DNA of 64,000 nucleotides, from positions 2,488-66,487 of the forward strand of contig JBKQRA010000144.1 in NCBI GenBank assembly GCA_052144065.1, written 5' to 3'. Both the position numbers and the translations under genes were made by a program. The notes beneath the pieces are model-generated. The model did no database searches. It was given only the letters and a program-made list of their open reading frames with translations, and was not told the origin of the DNA. This DNA comes from Methylovirgula sp. GTDB taxonomy: Bacteria; Pseudomonadota; Alphaproteobacteria; Rhizobiales; Beijerinckiaceae. Shown here piece by piece: positions 1 to 9,000 of this stretch; positions within the stretch are counted from its first letter, which is position 1; each line of letters starts with the position of its first letter.

Positions 1-2
1 AT

Positions 3-2279
3 GAGCGCATTCCGCTCCTCTTCCTGTCGTTTACGGAAGATGCGTGGTTCATCGGCAAGAACGAAGGCGGCGTGCTCGTCGTCGGCGCCCTTTTGGCGCG
101 CCTCATCTTCTTGAGCGCGATCATTCTTGCCGGCTGGGCCGTCTTCGCGCGGCAGATTCATGCCTTTGTGTTGAGCCGGCGCCGCGGCCATATGGTGGTG
201 ATCGGCAATACGCCGACGGCGTGCGAGGTCGTCGCCCATCTCGAGACCAAAAAACGCAAATTCACCCATGTCGTCGGGACGGACACGGAGCTTGCCGGCG
301 AAAGTTCGCGGCTTGCTTTGCCCTTCAGCCTGCCGGTGATCGAAAGGCCGGCCGCCCTCGCCAGCGCCATGCGGATCATCGTCGACACGGGCGACATAGC
401 GACGAATATGGCGCTGACGCGCGCGATCCATCATGCCTTCGGCGAGCGGGCGCCGCCGGTCTCCTGCAACATTGAATCGACGCATCTCGCGGATGAGTTC
501 GGCGAATTGATTACCGGACAAAGCGACATATTGATCTATGACGAGGCGCGGCTTTCGGTGCGCGATACGCTGGCGCGCCATCCGCTCTACGCCTCGGCCG
601 ATCGGCAGGGCGCGGCGCGCGTGCATTTGCTGGTGATCGGCTTCGGCCGCTTCGGCCGCGTCTTTTTCGAAGAAGCTGTGCAGGATTCGGTCGCCGGCGC
701 TCTGGAAAAGCCTTTCGTCACCGTGATCGACCGGCAGGCCAAGGCGCGCGCGGCGGCGTTCGAGCGGGACAAGCCCCAGCACCGGATGGCGGCCGATACG
801 GTCTTCATCGAAGCGGATGTGTTGGAGACGCCGCTCGATGCGCAGGCAAGTGCGGCGCGCGCTATTCTTTATGATCGCGACGATGCGGCGCCAGTGACGG
901 CGATCGCTCTGTGTCTTCCAAGCGATGCCGAGAATGTCGCGGCGGCCATGACACTGCGCGCCATGCGGCGGCGCAGCGGCCGCTGCTTTGCACCGATTTT
1001 CATGCATATGCGCGAAGGCACGATCAACGGCACAGTGTTCATTGAAGCGGACAAGGATCGCATCGCGGATCCCTTCGATTCGGTCATCCCGCTGCGGCTC
1101 AGCCGCGAGGTATTGGCGGTCGACATCCTGGCCGAAGGCGAGCGCGACAGAATCGCCAAGCGCTTTCACGCGGCTTTCCGCGAGCTTTCGGACGATCGTC
1201 AGGCGGCGAATGTGTCCTGGCTCGCCTTGCAGGAAACCTATCGGCGTGCCGATCGCCATGCCGCAGATCACATGGCGGCAAAGCTCTGGTCGCTCGGGCT
1301 TGCGACGGAACGCCATTCGACGGAGAGCCCTTTCGCCGTCGATGCGGATTGGGAAAAGGCGCGGGTCGTGGCACCGGGAGATCATGAGCGCCTGTCGCGG
1401 CTCGAACATGAGCGCTGGATTGCCGACCGTGTGTTGGAAGGCTGGCAATTTGCGGACAAGCGCGACGATGATTCACGCCTTCACCCCGATCTCGTGCCCT
1501 TCGAGGACGTGTGCGGCAAGGATCAGGGCAAGGACCGCAAGCAAGTCGAGATACTTTATGCTCTGGCCAAGGAGGCGACGCGCGACAGAGGCAAGCGATT
1601 CATGCCGGAGCTGCGCATCGGTCTGACGGTCGCGCCGGGCATCACGCCTGCTATGGTCGAAGCCGCCGGCACAGAGATCGCGCAGCGGCTTGCAGAACCA
1701 CTTGCGGATCTTGCCGCGCATCATGTCATCACAATCATTTCGTCGCTGGCGATCGGCGGCGACTTCACTCTGGTCGAAACTGCGATCTCCAAGCTCAAGC
1801 AGCGGCTGCGGCTCAAGGAGCGGGCGGAGGGATGGAGCCTCGACAATGCAGATCTGCGGCTGCTCGCGATCGAAGGCGTTCCCTATCCCGTTCAGCTGAA
1901 GCAGGCCTTCAAGACGGCGCAGCTGCGCGAACATCAAATTCATGTCGGCCTGGAAGCGCGGCGGCATTTATTCCACCGGTTCAACCGGGTCGAAGTGGCG
2001 CGCATCGGCGTGCGGGGCCATTCCGACGATGCGATTTACCGGGACGCGGCTCTCTATGAGATGGGACGGCGCAAGGTGAGCGCCTATCTGGCGCGCCGCG
2101 CCGATGTGCTTTGCGTGCTTGGGCACAAGGGTGAAACGGGCAATGCCGATCTCCGCGAGCTGATCGGATTTTGGGCTGATCCATCGTCCATTCCCGCGGC
2201 GCTCGATTGCGGCCCCTCGCGCAGCGGCGCGTCCCGAACGAAAGCGGCGATGGAAACGCTGATCCAGATCGCCGTGTAG
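3..2279 (+). CDS. Membrane protein with TM segment, two RCK/TrkA-N-like Rossmann domains, RyR domain and C-terminal SLOG-like domain (5' truncated by window)
   Basis: The frame is open from nt 3 (ERIPLLFLSF...), so the start lies upstream of the window. Hydrophobic segment VLVVGALLARLIFLSAIILAGWAVF; Rossmann-like HMVVIG and HLLVIGFGRFG; RyR-type LSRLEHERWIADRVLEGW...RLHPDLVPFEDV. The C-terminal ISSLAIGGD...YLARRADVL resembles VSPLARGAD...FVVRHSDIL of the SLOG domain at 22682. Confidence 0.75.
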   Translation, partial: ERIPLLFLSFTEDAWFIGKNEGGVLVVGALLARLIFLSAIILAGWAVFARQIHAFVLSRRRGHMVVIGNTPTACEVVAHLETKKRKFTHVVGTDTELAGESSRLALPFSLPVIERPAALASAMRIIVDTGDIATNMALTRAIHHAFGERAPPVSCNIESTHLADEFGELITGQSDILIYDEARLSVRDTLARHPLYASADRQGAARVHLLVIGFGRFGRVFFEEAVQDSVAGALEKPFVTVIDRQAKARAAAFERDKPQHRMAADTVFIEADVLETPLDAQASAARAILYDRDDAAPVTAIALCLPSDAENVAAAMTLRAMRRRSGRCFAPIFMHMREGTINGTVFIEADKDRIADPFDSVIPLRLSREVLAVDILAEGERDRIAKRFHAAFRELSDDRQAANVSWLALQETYRRADRHAADHMAAKLWSLGLATERHSTESPFAVDADWEKARVVAPGDHERLSRLEHERWIADRVLEGWQFADKRDDDSRLHPDLVPFEDVCGKDQGKDRKQVEILYALAKEATRDRGKRFMPELRIGLTVAPGITPAMVEAAGTEIAQRLAEPLADLAAHHVITIISSLAIGGDFTLVETAISKLKQRLRLKERAEGWSLDNADLRLLAIEGVPYPVQLKQAFKTAQLREHQIHVGLEARRHLFHRFNRVEVARIGVRGHSDDAIYRDAALYEMGRRKVSAYLARRADVLCVLGHKGETGNADLRELIGFWADPSSIPAALDCGPSRSGASRTKAAMETLIQIAV

Positions 2280-2287
2280 CGCGGCGT

Positions 2288-3640
2288 TCACTTCGCCTTT
2301 GCACGCTTTTCCAGTTCGGCGATGATGTCGTCGAGCTTTTTGTCTGCCTTTTCGGCGGCGCGCCAGGCATCGCGGATCAGGCCAAGATTGCGGGCTGTCG
2401 TCTCGGCGTTCCAGCCTTCTTCGAGATGGACCAGCGCCTCGGGCAGCATTTGCTTGGCCTGCTTGAGATCGCCGGCGATGACGGCCAATTCGACGAGCGT
2501 CGCGAAATCCCAATAGTCGGCGGCGCCGCGCGCGATCTTGCGCTCCACCGCATAGCGCACGACAGGTGCGAGACGTTCGATGCGCGGATCGTCGGGATCG
2601 TTGAGCGCCATGAGGGTGAGCGCATTGATGCCTGGATAGGCATCGCGCCAATCGGCTTCAAATCCTTTGAGATAGGCGTCGATTGCCTTTTTCGCCCAGG
2701 CGGGCGCTTCAAAATCATCCGCTTTTACAGCGGCGTCCCAGCGGTCTTTGTAAACGCGGCCGAGGAGGCCGTAGGTTTCGCTCGACGCGCCGTGTTCATC
2801 GATGAGAGCGATCAAGACAGTTTCAGCCTCATGACGCTGGCCATCACGATTGAGCGCCATCGCATATTGTTCGCGCGGCATGGTCGAATGGGCGAGCACC
2901 GGGTCCATCGCCTTATAAAGTTCGATCATTTTCTTCCAGGCGCTGGCGGCGCGATAGGAAAGTAATAGATCGATGACAATGCCGGCCTGCACCACGGAAA
3001 TATCGCCGAGGTCCTTGCAGATCTGATCGAGAGCGGCGAGCCGTTCGTCACCCTTGAGGCGCCGGGCCTCGGCGAGCTTGCTCTTATAGTCGCGCGAATA
3101 GGTGACCTGCTGGCGGAAGACATCGGTCTTGCTGTGCGCGATGTCGTGCGGCTTCAGCCCGTCGATCAACTTGAAAAGGGGGCTGTCCGCTTCGCCATGC
3201 GTCTTGCAGTCATCGAGGCGCTTGGCGAGGGCCGCCCGAGCCGCCGCCGCGTCCTTGGGCCTTGCGCGCTCATCAAGACCATAGGGGAGGGTCCGCAGAT
3301 GCCCGACATCGAAGGGAAGACGGCTCGCATCGGCCGCCATCAGCACGGTCGTCTGTGGCCGCAGCGCATGCCGGACACCGAGCTCGTAATAGACATTGGG
3401 ATTGAAGATGGTGAGGTCGGCGATGGCAAATTCGCTGAGCATGAGCCGCTCATACATCGCCTTGTGGATGAGGCCGGCTTGCACCTCCTCGTCGGCGCGG
3501 ATCGGCTCGAAGCCGACATCATGGATCGCCGGTTCGATAATGTCCTTGTAAATGACGTCGAAATCGATCTCGCGGCCGGAATTGTCGGACTTTTTGCCGA
3601 ATGGCATGATGACGAAACAAATGGCACGCAGCGACAACAT
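2288..3640 (-). CDS. DUF4071 / MAP3K(ASK)-like protein: nucleoside deoxyribosyltransferase/hydrolase-like domain plus TPR-like helical domain
   Basis: CFVIMPFG...IRADEE...IADLTIFNPNVYYELGVRHA...LPFDV, then a helical region with ETYGLLGRVYKDRW, AYPGINALTL and DYWDFATLVELAV. GGAGAG RBS upstream of ATG 3640. Confidence 0.8.
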   Translation of the reverse strand: MLSLRAICFVIMPFGKKSDNSGREIDFDVIYKDIIEPAIHDVGFEPIRADEEVQAGLIHKAMYERLMLSEFAIADLTIFNPNVYYELGVRHALRPQTTVLMAADASRLPFDVGHLRTLPYGLDERARPKDAAAARAALAKRLDDCKTHGEADSPLFKLIDGLKPHDIAHSKTDVFRQQVTYSRDYKSKLAEARRLKGDERLAALDQICKDLGDISVVQAGIVIDLLLSYRAASAWKKMIELYKAMDPVLAHSTMPREQYAMALNRDGQRHEAETVLIALIDEHGASSETYGLLGRVYKDRWDAAVKADDFEAPAWAKKAIDAYLKGFEADWRDAYPGINALTLMALNDPDDPRIERLAPVVRYAVERKIARGAADYWDFATLVELAVIAGDLKQAKQMLPEALVHLEEGWNAETTARNLGLIRDAWRAAEKADKKLDDIIAELEKRAKAK

Positions 3641-3908
3641 CAGATCTCTCCGGCATTCCGTGATAATCTAGGCGTGGCAGCCGAGCTTTGGAATATGAAA
3701 AGAGCCCCGATTGGCGGCTCGGAAATCGGCGGCTTTCGCGGCGGAGAGAATAAGACGGACACGTTCCAGGAAATCCGCGCCGTCCGCGCCGTTTTAATCG
3801 GCTGGACAGGCAAGGCTCGATCGTTCTAATCCTTGCGGGCTTGCAAGCGCCGACGAAGCAATGCCGATCGCTTTGCGATGGCTTCCTTTGGACGGCGCGG
3901 GGACGATC

Positions 3909-5078
3909 ATGAGCGATGATGCGCTGACAGAAGTTGTTCTGCCGTTGCACCGCGCCGCGCCTGAGGGTTCAGCCCCTGAACAGGCGCTCGTCGCGCGCAT
4001 CATCAATGGCGATGGCAGAGTTGTCGCGGAATTTCTGCGGGCAGCAATTCCGCCGCTTCTGTCGGCGATCGCGAAGCTGGAACCGGATGCTGACGAGCAG
4101 CAGGCGGCACTGCTTTATGTTCTCGGCAAGCTCAAAGAGGATGGCTATCGACGGCTTCAGGCTTTTGATGGCCGCGCCAGCCTCGCGTCCTTTCTGCCGC
4201 TTGTCGCGCGCGAACTCTTGGCATTGCGCGCGGCCGAACGGCTGTTCGCCGATCCGCAGCAGGGCTGGACGCGCTTCAAGCGCATTTTCGATCGCGATAT
4301 CCAGACCCGCATCGCGCGGCGTTTTCCCTATGATGCGGGAACTGGGCGCTGGGAGGATATCTATCAGGATATCTGCATCAAGCTCGTCGAAGGCGATTGC
4401 CGGCGGCTGCGCGATTATGGCGGCAAGGGCAGCTTCATCGGCTTCGTGCTAAAGGTCGTCAAAAACCTTCTGAACGATGAGCTGCGCCGCGACGTTCCGC
4501 GTCGGCGCTTGCCGGCCTCGATCCTGCGCATGCCGGAGCTCGAGCAGGAAATCTACAAGGTGGTCGCCTGGGACGGCTGCGCTGCAGAAGCGGCGCGGGT
4601 GAACGATGTTTTGCGCGGAAGGCTTGCGGCCGATCCGCCGTCGGACGTGATCGGGGCGGCCTTGGTGCGCGTCACCGAAGCGATGACGACGCTTAAGACC
4701 GATGCGCATAAAAAGCCGAAAGTGGTCTCGCTCGACGCGGTCGCAAGCGCGATAGAAGGCCAGCTTCCGTCATCGGCGATGGCATCGAACCCTGAGGAAG
4801 AGCTGATGCTCGCCGAAGAGGAGCGCCAGCGCGAGGCCTTGATCGCAAGGATCCGCGCCAGCGCCGCCGAGCTTCCCGCGGAGGAGCAGCTTTATCTTCA
4901 ACTCGTTTTCGGGTCGACGGAGGGCATGCCACGCCGCAATGTGGCGCAGATCATGGGCTGTTCGGTCACCGACGTCGATCGGCTCAAGCAGAAGACGCAA
5001 CGCTGGTTCGCCAGCCTGCGTCGGGAGTTGCAAGATCACGAAGCGCGTCTCTCGCTCACAAAGTCAGATCCATCATGA
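3909..5078 (+). CDS. Sigma-70 family (ECF-like) sigma factor with tandem duplicated region 2
   Basis: Two similar blocks, KLKEDGYRRLQAFDGRASLASFL and EDIYQDICIKLVEGDCRRLRDYGGKGSFIGFV; region-3-like VVSLD; region-4 HTH ELPAEEQLYLQLVF...RRNVAQIMGCSVTDV. The ORF track starts at 3861; ATG 3909 is preferred. Confidence 0.8.
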   Translation: MSDDALTEVVLPLHRAAPEGSAPEQALVARIINGDGRVVAEFLRAAIPPLLSAIAKLEPDADEQQAALLYVLGKLKEDGYRRLQAFDGRASLASFLPLVARELLALRAAERLFADPQQGWTRFKRIFDRDIQTRIARRFPYDAGTGRWEDIYQDICIKLVEGDCRRLRDYGGKGSFIGFVLKVVKNLLNDELRRDVPRRRLPASILRMPELEQEIYKVVAWDGCAAEAARVNDVLRGRLAADPPSDVIGAALVRVTEAMTTLKTDAHKKPKVVSLDAVASAIEGQLPSSAMASNPEEELMLAEEERQREALIARIRASAAELPAEEQLYLQLVFGSTEGMPRRNVAQIMGCSVTDVDRLKQKTQRWFASLRRELQDHEARLSLTKSDPS

Positions 5079-5938
5079 CGGAAAGCTTGCATATGGCGAT
5101 TGTTGAGCTGCTCGAAGAGCTGGAATTGGAGCATGACCGCTCCGATTCCGCTGCCTTCGCGACGCTGCGCGCCCGTCTCATGGCCGATTTTTCCGACGCG
5201 CTTGCAAAGGAGGGTGATCTCGACAGCGATGGTGAGCGCCTGCTCAACGCGTTTGCCGCGCATCTTGAAGGCTGCGCGACGGAGGCGCAGCGCCAGCATT
5301 TGATCGCGGTTCTCGCGCATCGACCCGAAACGCTGGCGGCGCTTGAATCGGCGGCTGCTTTTCTGAGTGATCTCAAGCCGCATGAGGCGTCGGTGTCCGA
5401 TGCACTCTTCCGCGACGCCATGGCGGCTTTTGCACCTCAGCAAGCGTTTGTGCCCGCGGCCGTTGCTGCCGCCGTGCCGCTGCCGATCGCAGCGCGCCGG
5501 CGGGTCAATTGGCAGGTCTGGGGCGCTATGGCGGCAACGATCCTCGTCGGCGTCATCGGCGGCACGCGTCTGTGGCAGATCAATCGCACAACGTCCGACG
5601 CGACGCCGCCCAACGTCGCTGTGCATGAGCAAGCGCCGAGCACCGCGCCGGCGCCGCCACCGAACAAGGCGATTGCGCCTTTGCAGACGGCACCTGCCGT
5701 AGGGAGCGCGCCTGCGCCCGAGGCAGCGGCGCAAGGCGCATCTTCTGACTGCGCTTCGCCAACGCCGCCGACTGGTGACGCGGCGTCGAGCGATCATACG
5801 CCCCAAAAGCGCAGCCCAGCGCAATCGCAAATGCCATGTGCGCCGCACGCGCCGGCAGCGGCCGCAGCACTCCCGCATGCGCGGCAACCGCCAGTGCCGG
5901 TTGCACCCGAACCTCCCCCAAATGGGTCTCCCTACTAA
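5075..5938 (+). CDS. Putative membrane anti-sigma factor with Pro/Ala-rich extracytoplasmic tail
   Basis: ATGA overlap with the sigma gene; helical N-domain (LLNAFAAHLEG...RQHLIAVLAHRPE); single TM WQVWGAMAATILVGVIGG; low-complexity P/A tail. Confidence 0.65.
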   Translation: MTESLHMAIVELLEELELEHDRSDSAAFATLRARLMADFSDALAKEGDLDSDGERLLNAFAAHLEGCATEAQRQHLIAVLAHRPETLAALESAAAFLSDLKPHEASVSDALFRDAMAAFAPQQAFVPAAVAAAVPLPIAARRRVNWQVWGAMAATILVGVIGGTRLWQINRTTSDATPPNVAVHEQAPSTAPAPPPNKAIAPLQTAPAVGSAPAPEAAAQGASSDCASPTPPTGDAASSDHTPQKRSPAQSQMPCAPHAPAAAAALPHARQPPVPVAPEPPPNGSPY

Positions 5939-6037
5939 GACGAGCGTCCTTTAGAATTGCGTCAGGCGCGGCGTGCTGGGCCTCTGGCCTTTGAATTTGC
6001 GGTGGTTGATCCGGCGCCCTTTCTGTAAGATCGGGCC

Positions 6038-9000
6038 ATGTCGCGTATTTTTTTATCTCATTCCAGCAAGGATAATTTCGAGGCGCTCGCGCTGCGCGAC
6101 TTTCTCGTTGGCGAGGGCTTCGACGATGTGTTTCTCGATCTCGATCCCGATCGCGGCATTGCCGCCGGCGAGCGTTGGGAACGCGCGCTGCATGCGGCGG
6201 CCAAGCGTTGCGAAGCTGTCATCTTCTTCATTTCCGGCAATTGGCTCGCGTCCGGTTGGTGCCTGAAGGAATATTCGCTCGCCCGCGCGCTCAATAAGAA
6301 GCTCTTCGCGGTCATCATCGATCCGCAGAAGGCGATTGACGATCTGCCGCCGGAATTGGCCGGCACATGGCAGGCGGTCAATCTGACGGCCGGCCAGGAC
6401 GGCCGCATTTTCCGCGTCGAGCTGCCCGGCTCGCATGAAGAAAAGCATGTCACATTTTCGATCGATGGCTTGCGCCGGCTGAAGCACGGTCTCGATAAGG
6501 CTGGACTCGATCCGAAATTCTTCGCGTGGCCGCCGGAGGACGATCCCAAGCGCGCGCCATTTCGCGGGTTGAAGCCGCTCGAAGGCGTCGATGCCGGCAT
6601 CTTCTTCGGCCGCGATGCGCCGATCGTCGAGGCGCTTGACCGGCTGCGCGGTTTACGCGAGGCCGCGGCACCCCGTTTCCTTGCTATCCTCGGCGCCTCG
6701 GGCGCCGGCAAATCGTCGTTTCTGCGTGCCGGCCTGCTGCCGCGCCTGACGCGCGACGACGTGAACTTCCTGCCGCTGCCGCCGATCCGGCCCGAGCGCG
6801 CCGCGCTCACCGGCGAGACGGGTCTCTTGGGAACGCTCGAAAAGCTCTTTCCCCATCGCGCTCGCGCCGAGCTGCGCGCGGCGATCCTCGCCGGCGCCTC
6901 GGGCGTCCGGCCCTTGCTCGCCGAACGGGCGGGGGCCGCCTTTGCGCAGACGCTCACCGATGCGCAGCAAGGCGGAAGGCCGCCTTTGATCGTCTTTTCC
7001 GTCGATCAGGCGGAGGAGTTGTTTCGCAGCGAGGGCATGGAAGAGAGCATGGCGCTGCTCGCGCTGCTCCGCGATCTCGCGGTCGAGGATACGCCGGCCA
7101 TTGCGGTGTTGTTCGCTATCCGTTCGGATGCCTATGACGGACTTGAGAACGCCAAGCTGCTCGAAGGTCTGCCGCAGAGTACGCTGCCGCTGCTGCCCAT
7201 GCCGCGCGGCGCCTATATGGAGGTGATCGAAGGTCCGGCCCGCCGTTATGTTTCGGCCGGTGGAACGCTCGCCATCGAACCGCGGCTGACGCAAGCACTC
7301 CTTGAAGATCTGGAGCAGGGCGGCGGCAGCGATGCGCTGCCGCTCTTGGCCTTCACGCTTGAACAGCTGTTTCTGGAATATGGCGCGACGGGTGCCTTGC
7401 GCTATCAGGACTATCGCGCCTTCGGCGGTTTGCGCGGTGCCATCGACAAGGCGGTGACGCGCGCCTTTGCCCGTGCCGATGCCGATCCGCGCATTCCGCG
7501 AGAGCAGAAAAGCCGCGAAGCGCTGCTGCGGCGCGGCCTCATTCCCTGGCTCGCCGGTATTGATCCGGACAGCAAAAATCCGCGTCGCAATGTGGCGCGG
7601 CGTTCCGACATTCCCGACGAAGCAAGACCTTTGATCGATCTCTTGGTCGAGGAGCGGCTTCTCTCTACCGATACAAAGCGCATCAAAGATCCGGTGACGG
7701 GCGAAGATACGCAGATTGTCACCATTGAGCCGACGCATGAGGCTCTGCTGCGGCAATGGGGTCTGCTCGAAGGCTGGCTTGCCGAGGATCTCGGACGGCT
7801 CGCGACACTCGAAGGCGCCAAGCGCGGCGCCCGCGACTGGGATGCGAACGGCCGCGCCGATGCCTGGCTCGCCCATCATGGGCAGAGGCTCGCCGAAGCC
7901 TCGGCGCTCATCGACGAACGCCCCGACATTGCCGCCCGTTTCGATGCCGTCGACAAGGCCTATCTCGCGGCCTGCCGGAGCAAGGAAGCCGAAGAGCAAG
8001 CAAAAGAAGAGGCGCGGCGGCGCGAGCGCGAGGAAGAACAGGCGCGCCGTCTGGCCGATGCCGAAAAACTTGCCGCCGCCAATAAACGGACGGCGCAGCG
8101 CACCGGCATCGGGCTTGTCGCAGCGCTTGCGCTAGCTGGTCTCGCCGGCTGGCAAGGCTATGTCGCCACCCAGGAGAAGCAGGCGGCCTTGCAGCAGCAG
8201 CAGCGCGCCGAGAAGGATTTCAACGCGGCGAAACAGGCGATCAACGATCTCATTTTCAATGTCGCCGAACGGCTGACGGATATGGCGGGCGTGCCAATCG
8301 TCACCATTCGCCAGATTCTCGGAACCGCGAAGACGACCATCGATACGCTCGCGGCGAGCGAGCCGGACGACAAGGAATTGCAGCGCAGCCATTGGGCCAT
8401 GCTTGTCGATTTCGTCGACACCTATCTTCGGGCTGGCGATCTGGCTGACGCCAAGACCTCCGCCGATCAGGCGCTGGTCATTGCGTTGGAACTTGCCAAG
8501 GATCTCAAAAATGCCCAAGCCCAACGCGATCTGTCTGTGTCCTACAATAAGGTCGGCGATGTCTTCGTGGCCGAAGGCCATCTCAATGATGCGCTGAAGG
8601 CCTATCAGTCGGGACTTGCGGCGATCGCTCCCATCGCGAAGGCAAATCCCGGCAATGCCGGCTGGCAGTTCGATCTTGGCGTGAGCAATGAGCGGATCGG
8701 CGACGTTCAAATGGCGCAGGGCAATCTGGCCGCGGCGCTGAAATCCTTCGAGACGCGCCGCGATATCGTCGCCGCTCTCGTCAAATCCGATCCGAAGACA
8801 TTGGCATGGCAGCGCGATCTATCTGTCGCGAATGAAAAGGTCGGCGACGTGCTTGTCGCTCAAGGCCATCTGGACGATGCCTTGAAAGCCTATCAGATCT
8901 GTCTCGAGATCGCGACGAGACTTGCCGATGCCGATGCGAATAATGCCGGCTGGCAGCGTGATCTCTCTGTGGTCGACAATAAGATTGGCGACGTCCTCGT

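Noticed and set aside
3641-3908. Sigma-specific promoter motif shared across island genes
   Set aside because: Upstream regions (3641-3908, 5939-6037, 12089-12183, 21612-21966) showed no convincing common -35/-10 motif by eye; a MEME search on orthologous upstream regions would be needed.
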